Source: an uncultured Verrucomicrobiota bacterium
GTDB taxonomy: Bacteria; Verrucomicrobiota; Kiritimatiellia; CAIQIC01; Lenti-01
Length of the DNA stretch: 64,000 bases
Direction of reading: 5' to 3'
Assembly: GCA_937860055.1 (NCBI GenBank)
Contig: CALMBO010000014.1
Coordinates: 25,132-89,131 of the forward strand
Under the pieces are notes generated by a model. It was not told where the DNA came from, made no database searches, and saw only the letters and a program-made list of their open reading frames with translations. Of the stretch, positions 17,552 to 27,172 are shown one piece after another. The first letter of the stretch is position 1. Every line of letters starts with the position of its first letter. Position numbers and translations under genes: made by a program.

Positions 17552-19225
17552 TTGGCGACGGCTGCAGAAATGGACATGAAGAAAGGCAAAAAGAAGCGAG
17601 GCATTTGGCAGGACTTCCGCCCCTGTGACCCTGAGGGGAAGGCGTCGGCCGTCTACATTCGCATCTCCCGCGACGACGCCGGGGCGAAGAATCCCAAGGA
17701 GGCCAAGGAGTCCGCCCGGGTCCAGCAGTCGAAGTGCGAGGCCTACGCCAAGGAAAGGGGCTGGGCCGTCCGGCTCTATCAGGACATCAACCTTTCGGGC
17801 TTCGACGACGAGGGGCGTCCCGATTTCCAGCGGTTGCTTGCCGACATAAACGCAGGCCTCATCCACTCGGTCATCGTACTTGAGCCCAAGCGTCTAGCCC
17901 GCGACAACTCGATCATGGACGCGGTCGTCAAGGAATACCTCTATCCGAACGGGATCAAGCTCCATGGAGTAATGAGCCCGATCGACATCACGAACGATGA
18001 CGGGCTCTTCATGCTCGGCATCGAAATGGCCTTTTCCCGTAAGGCGATTTCGGAGCAGCGCAAGAAGTCCATGGCCTCCATCGACAGCCAACTGAAAGAA
18101 CACACCTTCATCCCCAGGCCATGCTACGGCTACCGGCGAGACGAGAAGGGGCGGATCCATGTGGTGGAGTCCGAAAAAGCGGTGATCCTGGAGATGTACC
18201 GGATGTGTCTCAAGGGCGACTCGATGAACGAGATCAGCGAATATTTCAACCGAGCCGGCGTCCCGGGCAAGCGGGGGGCTAGGTGGTGGACCCACCGGCA
18301 GATCAAGATCGTCCTGACCAACCCGGCCTACGTGGGCAAGATCCGCTACCGGGGCGTGCATGAGACCCGGTTGATCCCCAAGATGGTGACCAAGGAGACG
18401 CAGGACTCGGCGGCGGAGATGCTGGCCATCAGGTCCCACAAGCGGGCGCCATCCAAGCGGCACCTCTTGAGCGGGCTGGTGACCTGTTCATATTGCGCTG
18501 AAAAGGCGAGCAGGGGCGAACGGGCCTATCCGGCGATGGTCCTGAACATCCAGACGCAGGGCCCCAAGGGAGAGAAGAAGAAGTACGCCTATTTTTTCTG
18601 CCAGTCCCAGAACCGGGGTGTGTTCCATTGCGAGTCGCCCAGGGTTCCGGAAGCCGCCTTGGACGCCATTGTCGAAGGCACCATCGTCCCTTATGTCCTG
18701 GACAGGTATTCGAGGCAGATCGGCGCCGACTCGCACCAGGAGACCCTCAAGAGGCTGGAGGCGGCGAGGGGGCGGGTCCGTCTCGTCGAGTCACGCAACA
18801 AGGAGATCGAGGATTCGTTCGCCTCCGGGGAGATGGGGAAACTGGAATACCTTCGTCTGAGGGACAAGAACCAGGCGAAGTCGTCGGTTGCGAGAGAGGA
18901 GATATCCGTTTTGCTCCAGATGGCCGAGTCGGAAGACCCGAACAAGGTTCAAGAGGTCGTGGATGTCTTGCAAAGATGGCAGGAGATGCCCATGGAGAAA
19001 CGGCGGGACGCCATCCGCACCTTCATCGAGTCAATCGAGGTTTCCGCCGAGTGGGTGACCTTCCATATCAGGCCCGTCGGGGGCGACAAGTGGTCGTTCA
19101 ATGTCCGACTGGAAACCGTGCGGAGATACCAGGAGAAGCCCATAGGGGATCTGAAGAATCATATGGAATGGACGCTGGGGCAGGCGGGGTATGCTAACCA
19201 GGAACCTTGTCCCAATGTCGGTTGA
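17552..19225 (+). CDS. large serine recombinase (integrase)
   Basis: N-terminal resolvase-type catalytic region with the serine motif AVYIRISRDD, followed by a long recombinase domain and a C-terminal Cys-rich zinc ribbon (CSYCAEK...FFCQSQNRGVFHCESP). Length is 557 aa. It lies at the junction with host DNA. Alternative start at 17573. Confidence 0.85.
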   Translation: MATAAEMDMKKGKKKRGIWQDFRPCDPEGKASAVYIRISRDDAGAKNPKEAKESARVQQSKCEAYAKERGWAVRLYQDINLSGFDDEGRPDFQRLLADINAGLIHSVIVLEPKRLARDNSIMDAVVKEYLYPNGIKLHGVMSPIDITNDDGLFMLGIEMAFSRKAISEQRKKSMASIDSQLKEHTFIPRPCYGYRRDEKGRIHVVESEKAVILEMYRMCLKGDSMNEISEYFNRAGVPGKRGARWWTHRQIKIVLTNPAYVGKIRYRGVHETRLIPKMVTKETQDSAAEMLAIRSHKRAPSKRHLLSGLVTCSYCAEKASRGERAYPAMVLNIQTQGPKGEKKKYAYFFCQSQNRGVFHCESPRVPEAALDAIVEGTIVPYVLDRYSRQIGADSHQETLKRLEAARGRVRLVESRNKEIEDSFASGEMGKLEYLRLRDKNQAKSSVAREEISVLLQMAESEDPNKVQEVVDVLQRWQEMPMEKRRDAIRTFIESIEVSAEWVTFHIRPVGGDKWSFNVRLETVRRYQEKPIGDLKNHMEWTLGQAGYANQEPCPNVG

Positions 19226-19317
19226 CAGACCCCCTTCTGGGGCTTAATCTGCAATCACTCTATATAAGGTATAGACCACTCTAACCCCAATATGGCATCT
19301 AACACATAGAATTACCA

Positions 19318-20313
19318 ATGGGTTACAGTTTACACCACAGGGGATATTATTCCGACGTGAAGGGGCAGGAGTTCGCGCGTCGCGCGATCGAAGTGGCGGT
19401 GGCCGGTGGCCACAATATCCTCCTGGTGGGGCCGCCGGGCACGGGGAAATCCATGCTGGCCAAGCGGGTGCCGACGATCCTGCCGCCGCTGGGGCTGGAA
19501 GAGGCGCTGGAGACGACGAAGATCCACAGCATCGCGGGGGTGCTGCCGGCGCACCAGGCGGTGGTGGGGGGTCGGCCGTTCCGGTCGCCGCACCACACGA
19601 TTTCCGATGCGGGGCTGCTGGGCGGCGGCACGCATCCGCTGCCCGGCGAAGTCAGCCTGGCGCACAACGGGGTGCTGTTCCTTGACGAGCTGCCGGAGTT
19701 CCACCGCAACGTGCTGGAGGTGATGCGCCAGCCGCTGGAGGATGGCGTGGTGTCCATTGCGCGCGCGGCGGCTTCGGTGACGTTTCCGTGCCGGTTCATG
19801 CTGGTGGCGGCGATGAATCCGTGTCCGTGCGGGCATTTCGGGGATGCGAAGCGGGAATGCCGGTGCACGCCGGTCCAGATGCAGCGCTACCGAAACCGGA
19901 TTTCGGGGCCGCTGCTGGACCGCATCGACATCCACGTCGAGGTGCCGGCGATGGAATACCAGCAGCTGGCGTCGCTGGAGAAGGGGGAGTCCTCTTCGCA
20001 GATCCGGGAGCGGGTGGTGGCGTCGCGGGCGGTTCAGCGGGAGCGGTTCGCCAAGGGCCGGGGGGCGCATGCGATCCACTGCAACGCGGGGATGCGGGCC
20101 AAGGACGTGCACAAGCACTGCATGCTGGACGATGCGGCGCAAAGCCTGCTCAAGGCCGCGATGGCCGACCTGCACCTGAGCGCCCGCGCCTATGACCGGA
20201 TTTTGAAGGTAGCCCGGACGATCGCGGACCTGGCGGGGGAGGGCGACATTGCCGCCGACCATGTCGCCGAGGCCATCCAGTACCGCTCCCTGGACCGGCA
20301 ATACTGGACCTGA
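19318..20313 (+). pseudogene. comM: comM (Mg-chelatase-like AAA+ competence ATPase), 3' fragment; 5' part displaced by element insertion
   Basis: The 331-aa ORF aligns to the ComM/YifB C-terminal two-thirds only, beginning at [29 protein letters not shown] (Walker A). The N-terminal domain of about 170-190 aa is absent. The first codons are AT-rich junction DNA, and the GC switch occurs at about 19350. Confidence 0.75.
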
Positions 20314-20399
20314 GGCCGCACAGGCCGACAATCCTTGACAACAAGGGCCGCATTCGCTCCAATTCCGCGTTGGATATCCGATTACACAAGGAGGCCCCA

Positions 20400-21803
20400 A
20401 TGGCATTCAAGGTCAACATCGTCGGCATCGTGGCATGGGTTTTGGTGGTGGTTCTGGCCATCGCGGCGGGAGTGCTGGGATTTCTGGGCCAGCAACAGGC
20501 GGGCAAGGCGGCGGGATTGCGCGATGCGCTGGTGCAGGTGGCTGCGACGGCGGGGGTTCAGGAGTTGAAGCCGGCGGAAGCGGCGCCCGAAGCCGCTCCG
20601 GCGGAAGGAGAGGCGGCCGCCGCCCCGGCGGCGGCGCAGCCGCTGACGGCGGATGCGCTGAAGGACACGGCGGTGCTGGCAACCGCCGTGCAGCAATTGC
20701 AGACGGCCATCCAGGTGACGCAGCAGGAACTGGCGACCACGAAGGATTCCCTGACGGCTTCGCAGATGGAAGCTTCCAACGCCAAGACCGAATCGGCGGC
20801 CTTGTCCCAGAAAGTACAGAAACAGACGGCGGCGGCGGAGGCGGCAACCAAGGACCTGGCGGCGAAGGGCGAAGAAGTCGCGGCCGCCAAGGCGGCGGCG
20901 GAGAAGGCGGGCCAGGAATTGCAGGAAGCCAAGCAGTCCGCCGAAAAGCAGAAGGCTGAGATGGAAGCTTCCCTCGAGGACTTGAAGGCGCAGATGGCGG
21001 AGGAGACCGCCCGCCTCCAGGCGGAGCTGGAAGCGGCCCGGCAGGAGGCGCAAGCCACCACGGAACAGGCGGCGGCACCCGAAGCCGTCGAAGCCGCGGG
21101 AGAGGAAGGGGATGCCGTGGCCATGGAAGACGTGGTCATGGAAGAGGCCGTTGCCGCAGAGCCGGAGATGGCTGCCGAAGAGCCGGTGGCGGAGCCGGAA
21201 GCGGTAGAGGAAGAGAAGCCGGGCCGGGTGATCGGCCAGTCGCAGATGTTTTCGCTCATCCGTTATTCGGAGGAGGACCAGGGCTTGTTCCTCCGCTTGC
21301 TGGACGGGCAGACGTTGACCTATCGGGAGGTTCCTCGGGATGTCTATGACCAGCTGGTCGGCGCGGAGGACAAGCTGGACATGATCTACCGCTTCAAGAT
21401 CCAGGGCGCATTCAAGAGCCTGCCTCCGGACAGCACGGTGGTGCGCAAGTATTGGAAGGGACAGCGCTACAAGCCGGCGAAGAGCGATGTGCGCGTGATC
21501 GAGCCGGAGGCCCCGCTGGTCATCGTGGACGAGCAGCCTGCCGCCGAAGAGGCCGCTCCCGCCGAAGCCGTCGTGGCCGAGGCTCCCGCGGCGGAAGAAG
21601 CGGCTCCTGCCGCAGAGGCGGCCCCCGCAGAAGCTCCTGCCGAGACCCAGGCCCCCGTTGCGGAAGAGGCTGCTGCACCTGCTGCAGAGGAGGCTCCGGC
21701 GGCCGAGGCTCCTGTCGCAGAGGAGATCCCCGCCGAGACGTCTGCGCCGGAGGGGGAAGCCGCCCCGGCCCCTGCGGAGGAGGCGGTTCCGGCTTCGAAC
21801 TGA
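20400..21803 (+). CDS. membrane-anchored Ala/Glu-rich coiled-coil protein with KTSC-like domain
   Basis: AAGGAGG RBS before the ATG at 20400. N-terminal TM helix (IVGIVAWVLVVVLAIAAGVLGFL). Long A/E/K/Q-rich coiled-coil and PAEA repeats. A KTSC-like block reads FSLIRYSEEDQGLFLRLLDGQTLTYREVPRDVYDQL. Confidence 0.7.
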   Translation: MAFKVNIVGIVAWVLVVVLAIAAGVLGFLGQQQAGKAAGLRDALVQVAATAGVQELKPAEAAPEAAPAEGEAAAAPAAAQPLTADALKDTAVLATAVQQLQTAIQVTQQELATTKDSLTASQMEASNAKTESAALSQKVQKQTAAAEAATKDLAAKGEEVAAAKAAAEKAGQELQEAKQSAEKQKAEMEASLEDLKAQMAEETARLQAELEAARQEAQATTEQAAAPEAVEAAGEEGDAVAMEDVVMEEAVAAEPEMAAEEPVAEPEAVEEEKPGRVIGQSQMFSLIRYSEEDQGLFLRLLDGQTLTYREVPRDVYDQLVGAEDKLDMIYRFKIQGAFKSLPPDSTVVRKYWKGQRYKPAKSDVRVIEPEAPLVIVDEQPAAEEAAPAEAVVAEAPAAEEAAPAAEAAPAEAPAETQAPVAEEAAAPAAEEAPAAEAPVAEEIPAETSAPEGEAAPAPAEEAVPASN

Positions 21804-21928
21804 GAAGTCCTTGTTCCAGGACGCGGAAGGGCCGGGCATCGCCCGGCCCTTTTGGTTGGAGGTGGAAACGGATTGAACGGGGGAGCGGCTTCGGGTAAGA
21901 AAAGGGGGCTTTGCAAAGGAGTTGGGCG

Positions 21929-22237
21929 ATGAGCGACGAAAAACAGAATGGCGAGATGTTCCAGGGGCTTGTGATTTCGCTGGCCGCCGCCGTGATGCAG
22001 CATCTGGGCAAGACGCTGAATCCCGTCACGCACAAGATCGAGAAGAACCTGCCGGCGGCGCAGTCCGCGATCGACATGCTGGACATGCTGGAAGCCAAGA
22101 CGAAAGGCAACCTGAGCGATCCGGAGGCGAAGCTGCTCCGGGGAGTGCTGGCGGAGCTGAAACTGAACTATGTCGAGACGATGAACGAGAAGCCCTCCGA
22201 GCCTGCGCCCGAAAAGAAGCCGGAACAGGCCGGTTGA
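21929..22237 (+). CDS. DUF1844 family protein
   Basis: Pattern MSDE..FQGLVISLAAAVMQHLGKTLNPVT..IEKNLPAAQSAIDMLDMLEAKTKGNL is characteristic of DUF1844. Start taken at an internal Met. Confidence 0.6.
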   Translation: MSDEKQNGEMFQGLVISLAAAVMQHLGKTLNPVTHKIEKNLPAAQSAIDMLDMLEAKTKGNLSDPEAKLLRGVLAELKLNYVETMNEKPSEPAPEKKPEQAG

Positions 22238-22241
22238 GTCC

Positions 22242-23888
22242 ATGGGAGCGCGCTATCTCCGTCCCAAGCGGTTGCTGACGCTGGCCTTGCTGGCGGTTTC
22301 GGTGGCCGTGGCCATCTGGTGGGTGGGCTACATTCCGTACGATCCGCTGGCGATCTACCGGCCCATTCCGGCCTCGGCCACGCTGGTGGGGAGGCATCTG
22401 CAGCTGCCGGCGCGCTGGGGCGACCTGCTGGCGAATCCGCTGGCGCAGGCCCTGATGCGAACGGCTGGGATCGAGCCCGGGGATGCGGCGGAGCTGGCGA
22501 CGGACGCGGAATCGAGGAAATGGTTTGAGAAGCTGGCGGGCCGCGAGGGCACGCTGGCCTATCTTCCGGGGCGCATGGGGGGGCTGCCGGCTTGGATGGC
22601 GGTGAGCCATCTGGGCGGCGAAAGCCAGAAGCTGCGCTGGCAGCTCACGCTGTTCCGCGTGCCGGGATTCGAGCGGATGAAGGAATTCCCGGGCCGTTCG
22701 GTATGGCGAGTGGAATCCAGGGATCTGGAGCCCGGCCAGGTCCTGGCCATCGCCTTTGGAGAAGGCGTCATCATGGCCTGCCTGTCGGAGGATCCCCTGG
22801 CCATCGCGGAAGCCTTGGCCGCCTATGATGGCCGGGGCCGGCGCCTGCTGGAAGCGGAAGCATCGTTCGCCGAGATGGTTTCGGGCGACGACCGGAGCCT
22901 GCCGGACCGGCTGTGGATCCGCGACGAGAGCGCCTGGACGGTGACCGATTCGCCGGGAATCGTCGTGGATGTGCCGGTGCTTCGCGGCGACGCCATTTCG
23001 CTGTCGGCGACGAGCGAGGGGGTGCCGATGGTGCCGGCGGACCGTGCGGCGGCGTCGGACATCGGTCCGTTGGCGCGGTTGCTGGGAGATGCGCCGTGCG
23101 CGGCGGCGGCGGTGAAACGCGAGGCGCTGCTGCAGGTGCTCGTGCAGCCGGGCCTGCAGCGGGATGTCCGGCATGCGCTCCGGATGGCATTGGATGTGGC
23201 GACGTCCGACCGCGTGGTGGTGGCGGCCATGGACGGCGACCTGGGCGGGCGGCTGGCATGGGGCGCGATGGGATCCCTGGGATTGTCGGGGCTCCGGGTG
23301 CCGACACTGCTGGCGGCAGCGCCGGTAAAGGACGAGGCGGATGCCCGGGCGGCCATCCAGCGGGTGATGGATGCGAGCAATTCGCGCTACAAGGCGGCCT
23401 TCATCCTCCAACCGGTTTCCATGCCGCCTGCGACGATCTATGTGCTGGAAAGCGCCGGAGGCGACGAATGGGTGGATTCCCTGTCGGAATCCGACCGGCC
23501 GGCCTATGCGGTCCTGAACGGCTGGCTGCTGGCGTCGAGCAATCTCGACGCGCTGAAGAAGCTGGCGCAAAAGGCGGCTTCCGGAGAGGGGGCGGGGGGA
23601 ATGCCGGTCTGGGCGGCGCAGGTGGAGGGGTCGTCCGCCTTGTCGATCTGGCTGGATCTGGCGCGGAGCGGCAAGGTGGCGAAGGACGCCATCGCCACCT
23701 GGTCCATGGCGCAGATGTTCCTGAATGGCGGCAATTCCCAGGCCATTCGCGGACGGCTGAACGAGGCCAAGGCCTGGATCGACGCCCTGGCCCCGCTGGG
23801 GATGGCGCGGGCGCAGCTGGGGCGCCGGGGGGAGAAGACGACGGTGTCGGTGGATTTGGGGTTGTCCGGGGCTGTGCGGCCGGAGTAG
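22242..23888 (+). CDS. hypothetical membrane-anchored protein (548 aa)
   Basis: N-terminal TM segment (LLTLALLAVSVAVAIWWVGYI). Long ORF co-directional with its neighbours. The antisense 924-aa ORF is rejected as a GC artefact. Confidence 0.6.
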   Translation: MGARYLRPKRLLTLALLAVSVAVAIWWVGYIPYDPLAIYRPIPASATLVGRHLQLPARWGDLLANPLAQALMRTAGIEPGDAAELATDAESRKWFEKLAGREGTLAYLPGRMGGLPAWMAVSHLGGESQKLRWQLTLFRVPGFERMKEFPGRSVWRVESRDLEPGQVLAIAFGEGVIMACLSEDPLAIAEALAAYDGRGRRLLEAEASFAEMVSGDDRSLPDRLWIRDESAWTVTDSPGIVVDVPVLRGDAISLSATSEGVPMVPADRAAASDIGPLARLLGDAPCAAAAVKREALLQVLVQPGLQRDVRHALRMALDVATSDRVVVAAMDGDLGGRLAWGAMGSLGLSGLRVPTLLAAAPVKDEADARAAIQRVMDASNSRYKAAFILQPVSMPPATIYVLESAGGDEWVDSLSESDRPAYAVLNGWLLASSNLDALKKLAQKAASGEGAGGMPVWAAQVEGSSALSIWLDLARSGKVAKDAIATWSMAQMFLNGGNSQAIRGRLNEAKAWIDALAPLGMARAQLGRRGEKTTVSVDLGLSGAVRPE

Positions 23889-23900
23889 GATGATCCCACC

Positions 23901-24686
23901 ATGAGCGATACGCTGGTCATCATTCCGACGTACAACGAGAAAGAGAACGCGGCGGCCATCGCGAAGGCGGTTCTCGCGGCCTGTCCCGAGGCGGATATCC
24001 TGTTCGTGGACGACAACTCCCCCGATGGCACGGGGCAGCTGGCCGACCAGCTTTCCGCGGCGGAACCCCGCATCCATGTGATGCACCGGCAGCAGAAGCA
24101 AGGCCTGGGACGGGCCTATCTGGCGGGCTTCCGCTGGGCGCTGGAGCGGCCGGACTACCGGTTCATCATGGAAATGGACGCCGATTTCTCGCACGATCCG
24201 AAGGCGGTGCCGCAGCTTCGCGCGGCGGCGCAGCAGGCGGACCTGGTGCTGGGTTCGCGCTATGTGGGGGGGATCCGCGTCATCAACTGGCCGCTCAACC
24301 GGCTGATTCTGAGCACGGGCGCGGCGCTCTACGTGCGGTTGATCACGGGGATGCCGTTCAGCGACCCCACCGGGGGTTTCAAGTGCTTCCGTCGCGAGGT
24401 GCTGGCCTCGATGAACCTCGACGGGATCCATTCCAACGGCTATTCCTTCCAGATCGAGATGACGCACACGGCGTGGCATCTGGGCTTCCGGATCGTGGAG
24501 TCGCCGATCGTGTTCGAAGAGCGCCGCGAGGGACAGTCGAAGATGAGCGGGGGGATCATCAACGAGGCGCTGTGGATGGTGTGGAAGCTGCTGGCGCGCT
24601 GCGGATACCGCCGCCGTCCGCAAGCCGTGCATCCCCGGAGCGTGGCGGCTCCGAAGGCGCCGGAGGCGGGGGGAAGCGCCGGATGA
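23901..24686 (+). CDS. polyprenyl-phosphate glycosyltransferase (GT2; dolichol-phosphate mannose synthase-like)
   Basis: IIPTYNE..N, FVDDNSPDGT and EMDADFSH (DxD) motifs of GT2 Dpm1/GtrB-like enzymes. Stop overlaps the next start (ATGA). Confidence 0.8.
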   Translation: MSDTLVIIPTYNEKENAAAIAKAVLAACPEADILFVDDNSPDGTGQLADQLSAAEPRIHVMHRQQKQGLGRAYLAGFRWALERPDYRFIMEMDADFSHDPKAVPQLRAAAQQADLVLGSRYVGGIRVINWPLNRLILSTGAALYVRLITGMPFSDPTGGFKCFRREVLASMNLDGIHSNGYSFQIEMTHTAWHLGFRIVESPIVFEERREGQSKMSGGIINEALWMVWKLLARCGYRRRPQAVHPRSVAAPKAPEAGGSAG

Positions 24687-25567
24687 AGCAGCTCCGCACG
24701 CTGGTCCATCTGCTGCGGGTGAAGCAATGGACGAAGAACGCCGTCGTGTTCGCGGCCTTCGTCTTTGCGCTGGGAGACCAGAACCAGAACCTGGCCGCAT
24801 GGGAGCTGTGGAAGGTCTGCCTCGCCGCGCTGGCTTTTTCGTTCGTTTCGAGCGCCGTCTATATTTTCAACGATCTGCGGGATGCGCCGCAGGACCGGTT
24901 GCATCCCATCAAGCGCCACCGGCCCATTGCGTCGGGCGAAGCGAGTCCCCGGCTGGCCATCGGAGCGGGGGCGGTCCTGCTGGCGGCGGGACTCGGCGGC
25001 GCATGGAAATTGAGGGAGGAACTGCTGGCGGTCCTGGCGGGGTATCTGGCCTTGCAGGTGCTCTATACGCTTTGGCTGAAGCGGATTCCCCTTGTCGATG
25101 TGATCGTGATCTCCGTCGGGTTCGTGCTGCGCGCGCTGGCGGGGGCGGTGGTCATCCGCGTGCTGATCAGCCCGTGGCTGCTGCTGTGCGCGCTGCTGCT
25201 GGCGCTGTTCCTGGGGCTGTGCAAGCGGCGGCACGAGAAGGTGAACCTGGCGGGGATGGGCACCCGGGAAGCCCTGGATGGCTACGATGAACGCCTGCTC
25301 GACCTGCTGATCACGATGACGGGGGCCTCCGCGCTGGTTTGCTATTCGATCTACACGCTCTGGCCCGAAACGGTCGCCAAGTTCGGCACGGCCTGGCTGG
25401 GGGCGACCATCCCGTTCGTGGTATTCGGCCTGTTCCGCTACATGGACCTGGTCTACCGCCAGGACCAGGGCGACCGGCCCGAGCACATCCTGCTGACGGA
25501 CGGCCCGCTGATGGCCGATGTGGCCCTCTATGGCGCCAGCGTCCTGTGGATCCTCCTGGCCCGCTAA
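24683..25567 (+). CDS. UbiA-family prenyltransferase (decaprenyl-phosphate phosphoribosyltransferase-like)
   Basis: Polytopic membrane protein with VKQWTKN and NDLRD..D motifs typical of UbiA/DPPR synthase-like enzymes. Translationally coupled to the GT2 gene. Confidence 0.75.
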   Translation: MKQLRTLVHLLRVKQWTKNAVVFAAFVFALGDQNQNLAAWELWKVCLAALAFSFVSSAVYIFNDLRDAPQDRLHPIKRHRPIASGEASPRLAIGAGAVLLAAGLGGAWKLREELLAVLAGYLALQVLYTLWLKRIPLVDVIVISVGFVLRALAGAVVIRVLISPWLLLCALLLALFLGLCKRRHEKVNLAGMGTREALDGYDERLLDLLITMTGASALVCYSIYTLWPETVAKFGTAWLGATIPFVVFGLFRYMDLVYRQDQGDRPEHILLTDGPLMADVALYGASVLWILLAR

Positions 25568-25672
25568 AACGCTTTTCCTGGAGGGGGCCATTTGGTTTGA
25601 CGGAGAGGGGGCCTAAAGGCCAGACTTTCGGGCGTTTACGTACCCCTATTTTCCAAAAAGGAGCAGAGAAGC

Positions 25673-27151
25673 ATGAAAATCATTTCCAAAATCGACAAGA
25701 AGGTCCTCCAGCGGGCCGTCCAGCGCGCCAAGGAGCGCGGCGTCATCCTGCCGACCTTCGCCCAGCAGAAGGACCCCCGGAAGGTTCCGGCGAAGATCCA
25801 GGAGAAGCTCAAGAAGATCAAGCTGCAGGACGTCAATCCGCTGAACCTGTTCCGCATCACGTGGAAGAACGATCCCAAGACGGGCGGTTTCGGCGAGGGC
25901 AACTGGCTGGAGTTCCCGAAGGAGATCACGGGCGTGGACGCGCGGATCGTGGGCCTGATGGGGCGGTATTTCCCGACGGGCGCGCACAAGGTCGGCGCGG
26001 CCTACGGCTGCCTGGTGCCCCGCCTGGTGAGCGGCAACTTCGATCCGACGACGCAGAAGGCCGTTTGGCCCTCCACCGGCAACTACTGCCGCGGCGGCGC
26101 CTACGACTGCGCCCTGCTGGGCTGCCCGGCCATCGCCATCCTGCCGGAAGGCATGAGCCAGGAGCGCTTCCAGTGGCTCAAGAGCATCAAGACCGACGAG
26201 ATCATCGCGACGCCCGGCACCGAGTCGAACGTGAAGGAGATCTACGACATGTGCTGGAAGCTGCGCAAGGAGCGCGGCGACAAGATCGTGATCTTCAACC
26301 AGTTCGAGGAGTTCGGCAACTCGATCTGGCACTACAACATGACCGGCGGGATCATCGAGGAAATCTACGAGAACAACTTCAAGACCGCCAACAGCCGCCT
26401 GTCCGGCTACATCAGCGCAACGGGTTCCGCCGGCACGATCGCGGCGGGCGATTTCCTGCGCACGAAGCACCCGGGCATCCGCGTGGTGGCCACCGAGGCC
26501 CAGCAGTGCCCGACTCTCTACCAGTACGGTTTCGGCGCACACCGCATCGAAGGCATCGGCGACAAGCACATTCCGTGGATCCACAACGTGCGCAACACGG
26601 ATGCCGTCAGCGCCGTGGACGACGAGCAAGTCATGCAGCTCCTGCGCCTCTTCAACGAGAAGGCCGGCCAGGAATACCTGAAGAAGCAGGGCGTCAAGGC
26701 CGACGTGCTTTCGAAGCTGCCGGCGCTGGGCATCTCGGGCATCTGCAACCTCGTCAGCGCCATCTGGACGGCGCGCTACTTCGAGATGGACGGCCGGGAC
26801 GTGATCTTCCTGCCGATGACGGATTCGATGGACCTGTACGCCTCGCGCGTGGCCGAAATGGCCGAGCAGCACGGCCCCTACAACGCGGATCTGGCCTCCC
26901 GCCACTACGGCCGTTTCCTCGAGGGCTGCAACCCCACGACGTTCCGCGAACTGAACTACTTCGACCGGAAGGCGATCCACAACTTCAAGTATTTCACCTG
27001 GGTCGAGCAGCAGGGCAAGGACAGCGAAGAGCTGCGCCAGCTGTGGGACGAGGATTTCTGGAAGAGCGTCTTCGATCCCAAGCAGGTCGCCGAATGGGAT
27101 CAGCTCATCAACGAGTTCAACGCCGCCACCGGCCTGTTGAAATCCCTGTAA
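25673..27151 (+). CDS. PLP-dependent enzyme, tryptophan-synthase-beta/cysteine-synthase fold (492 aa, N-terminal extension)
   Basis: Fold-type II PLP enzyme features: a Lys-containing block (PTGAHKVGAAY) and a glycine-rich loop (SATGSAGTIAAG). Paired with a YgeY-type hydrolase. Confidence 0.65.
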   Translation: MKIISKIDKKVLQRAVQRAKERGVILPTFAQQKDPRKVPAKIQEKLKKIKLQDVNPLNLFRITWKNDPKTGGFGEGNWLEFPKEITGVDARIVGLMGRYFPTGAHKVGAAYGCLVPRLVSGNFDPTTQKAVWPSTGNYCRGGAYDCALLGCPAIAILPEGMSQERFQWLKSIKTDEIIATPGTESNVKEIYDMCWKLRKERGDKIVIFNQFEEFGNSIWHYNMTGGIIEEIYENNFKTANSRLSGYISATGSAGTIAAGDFLRTKHPGIRVVATEAQQCPTLYQYGFGAHRIEGIGDKHIPWIHNVRNTDAVSAVDDEQVMQLLRLFNEKAGQEYLKKQGVKADVLSKLPALGISGICNLVSAIWTARYFEMDGRDVIFLPMTDSMDLYASRVAEMAEQHGPYNADLASRHYGRFLEGCNPTTFRELNYFDRKAIHNFKYFTWVEQQGKDSEELRQLWDEDFWKSVFDPKQVAEWDQLINEFNAATGLLKSL

Positions 27152-27172
27152 CCAAGAAGGAGAAGAAGAAAA

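Larger units (their letters stand above)
1..19350. mobile_element. Integrative element (right-hand portion; left end outside window) inserted in comM, carrying large serine recombinase at its right end
   Basis: Lower GC than the flanking chromosome with an abrupt switch near 19300-19360. A large serine recombinase CDS abuts the junction. The adjacent comM ORF lacks its N-terminal domain. The cargo genes are typical of mobile DNA: primase, RHH regulator, methyltransferase, RNase H and many hypotheticals. Confidence 0.7.

Noticed and set aside
20382-21839. 485-aa minus-strand ORF (plus 20413-21078 and 20558-21259 minus-strand ORFs)
   Set aside because: Antisense to the Ala/Glu-rich coiled-coil gene 20400-21803. 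Arg-rich nonsense composition.
24383-24682. 100-aa N-terminal extension of the UbiA-family ORF
   Set aside because: Overlaps the 3' end of the GT2 gene in another frame. The ATG at 24683 gives a canonical ATGA coupling and a normal UbiA N-terminus.
22026-24800. 924-aa minus-strand ORF
   Set aside because: The translation is Arg/Pro/Gly-rich low complexity. It is antisense to three well-supported plus-strand genes (membrane protein, GT2, UbiA). This is a typical stop-codon-poor artefact of about 68% GC DNA.
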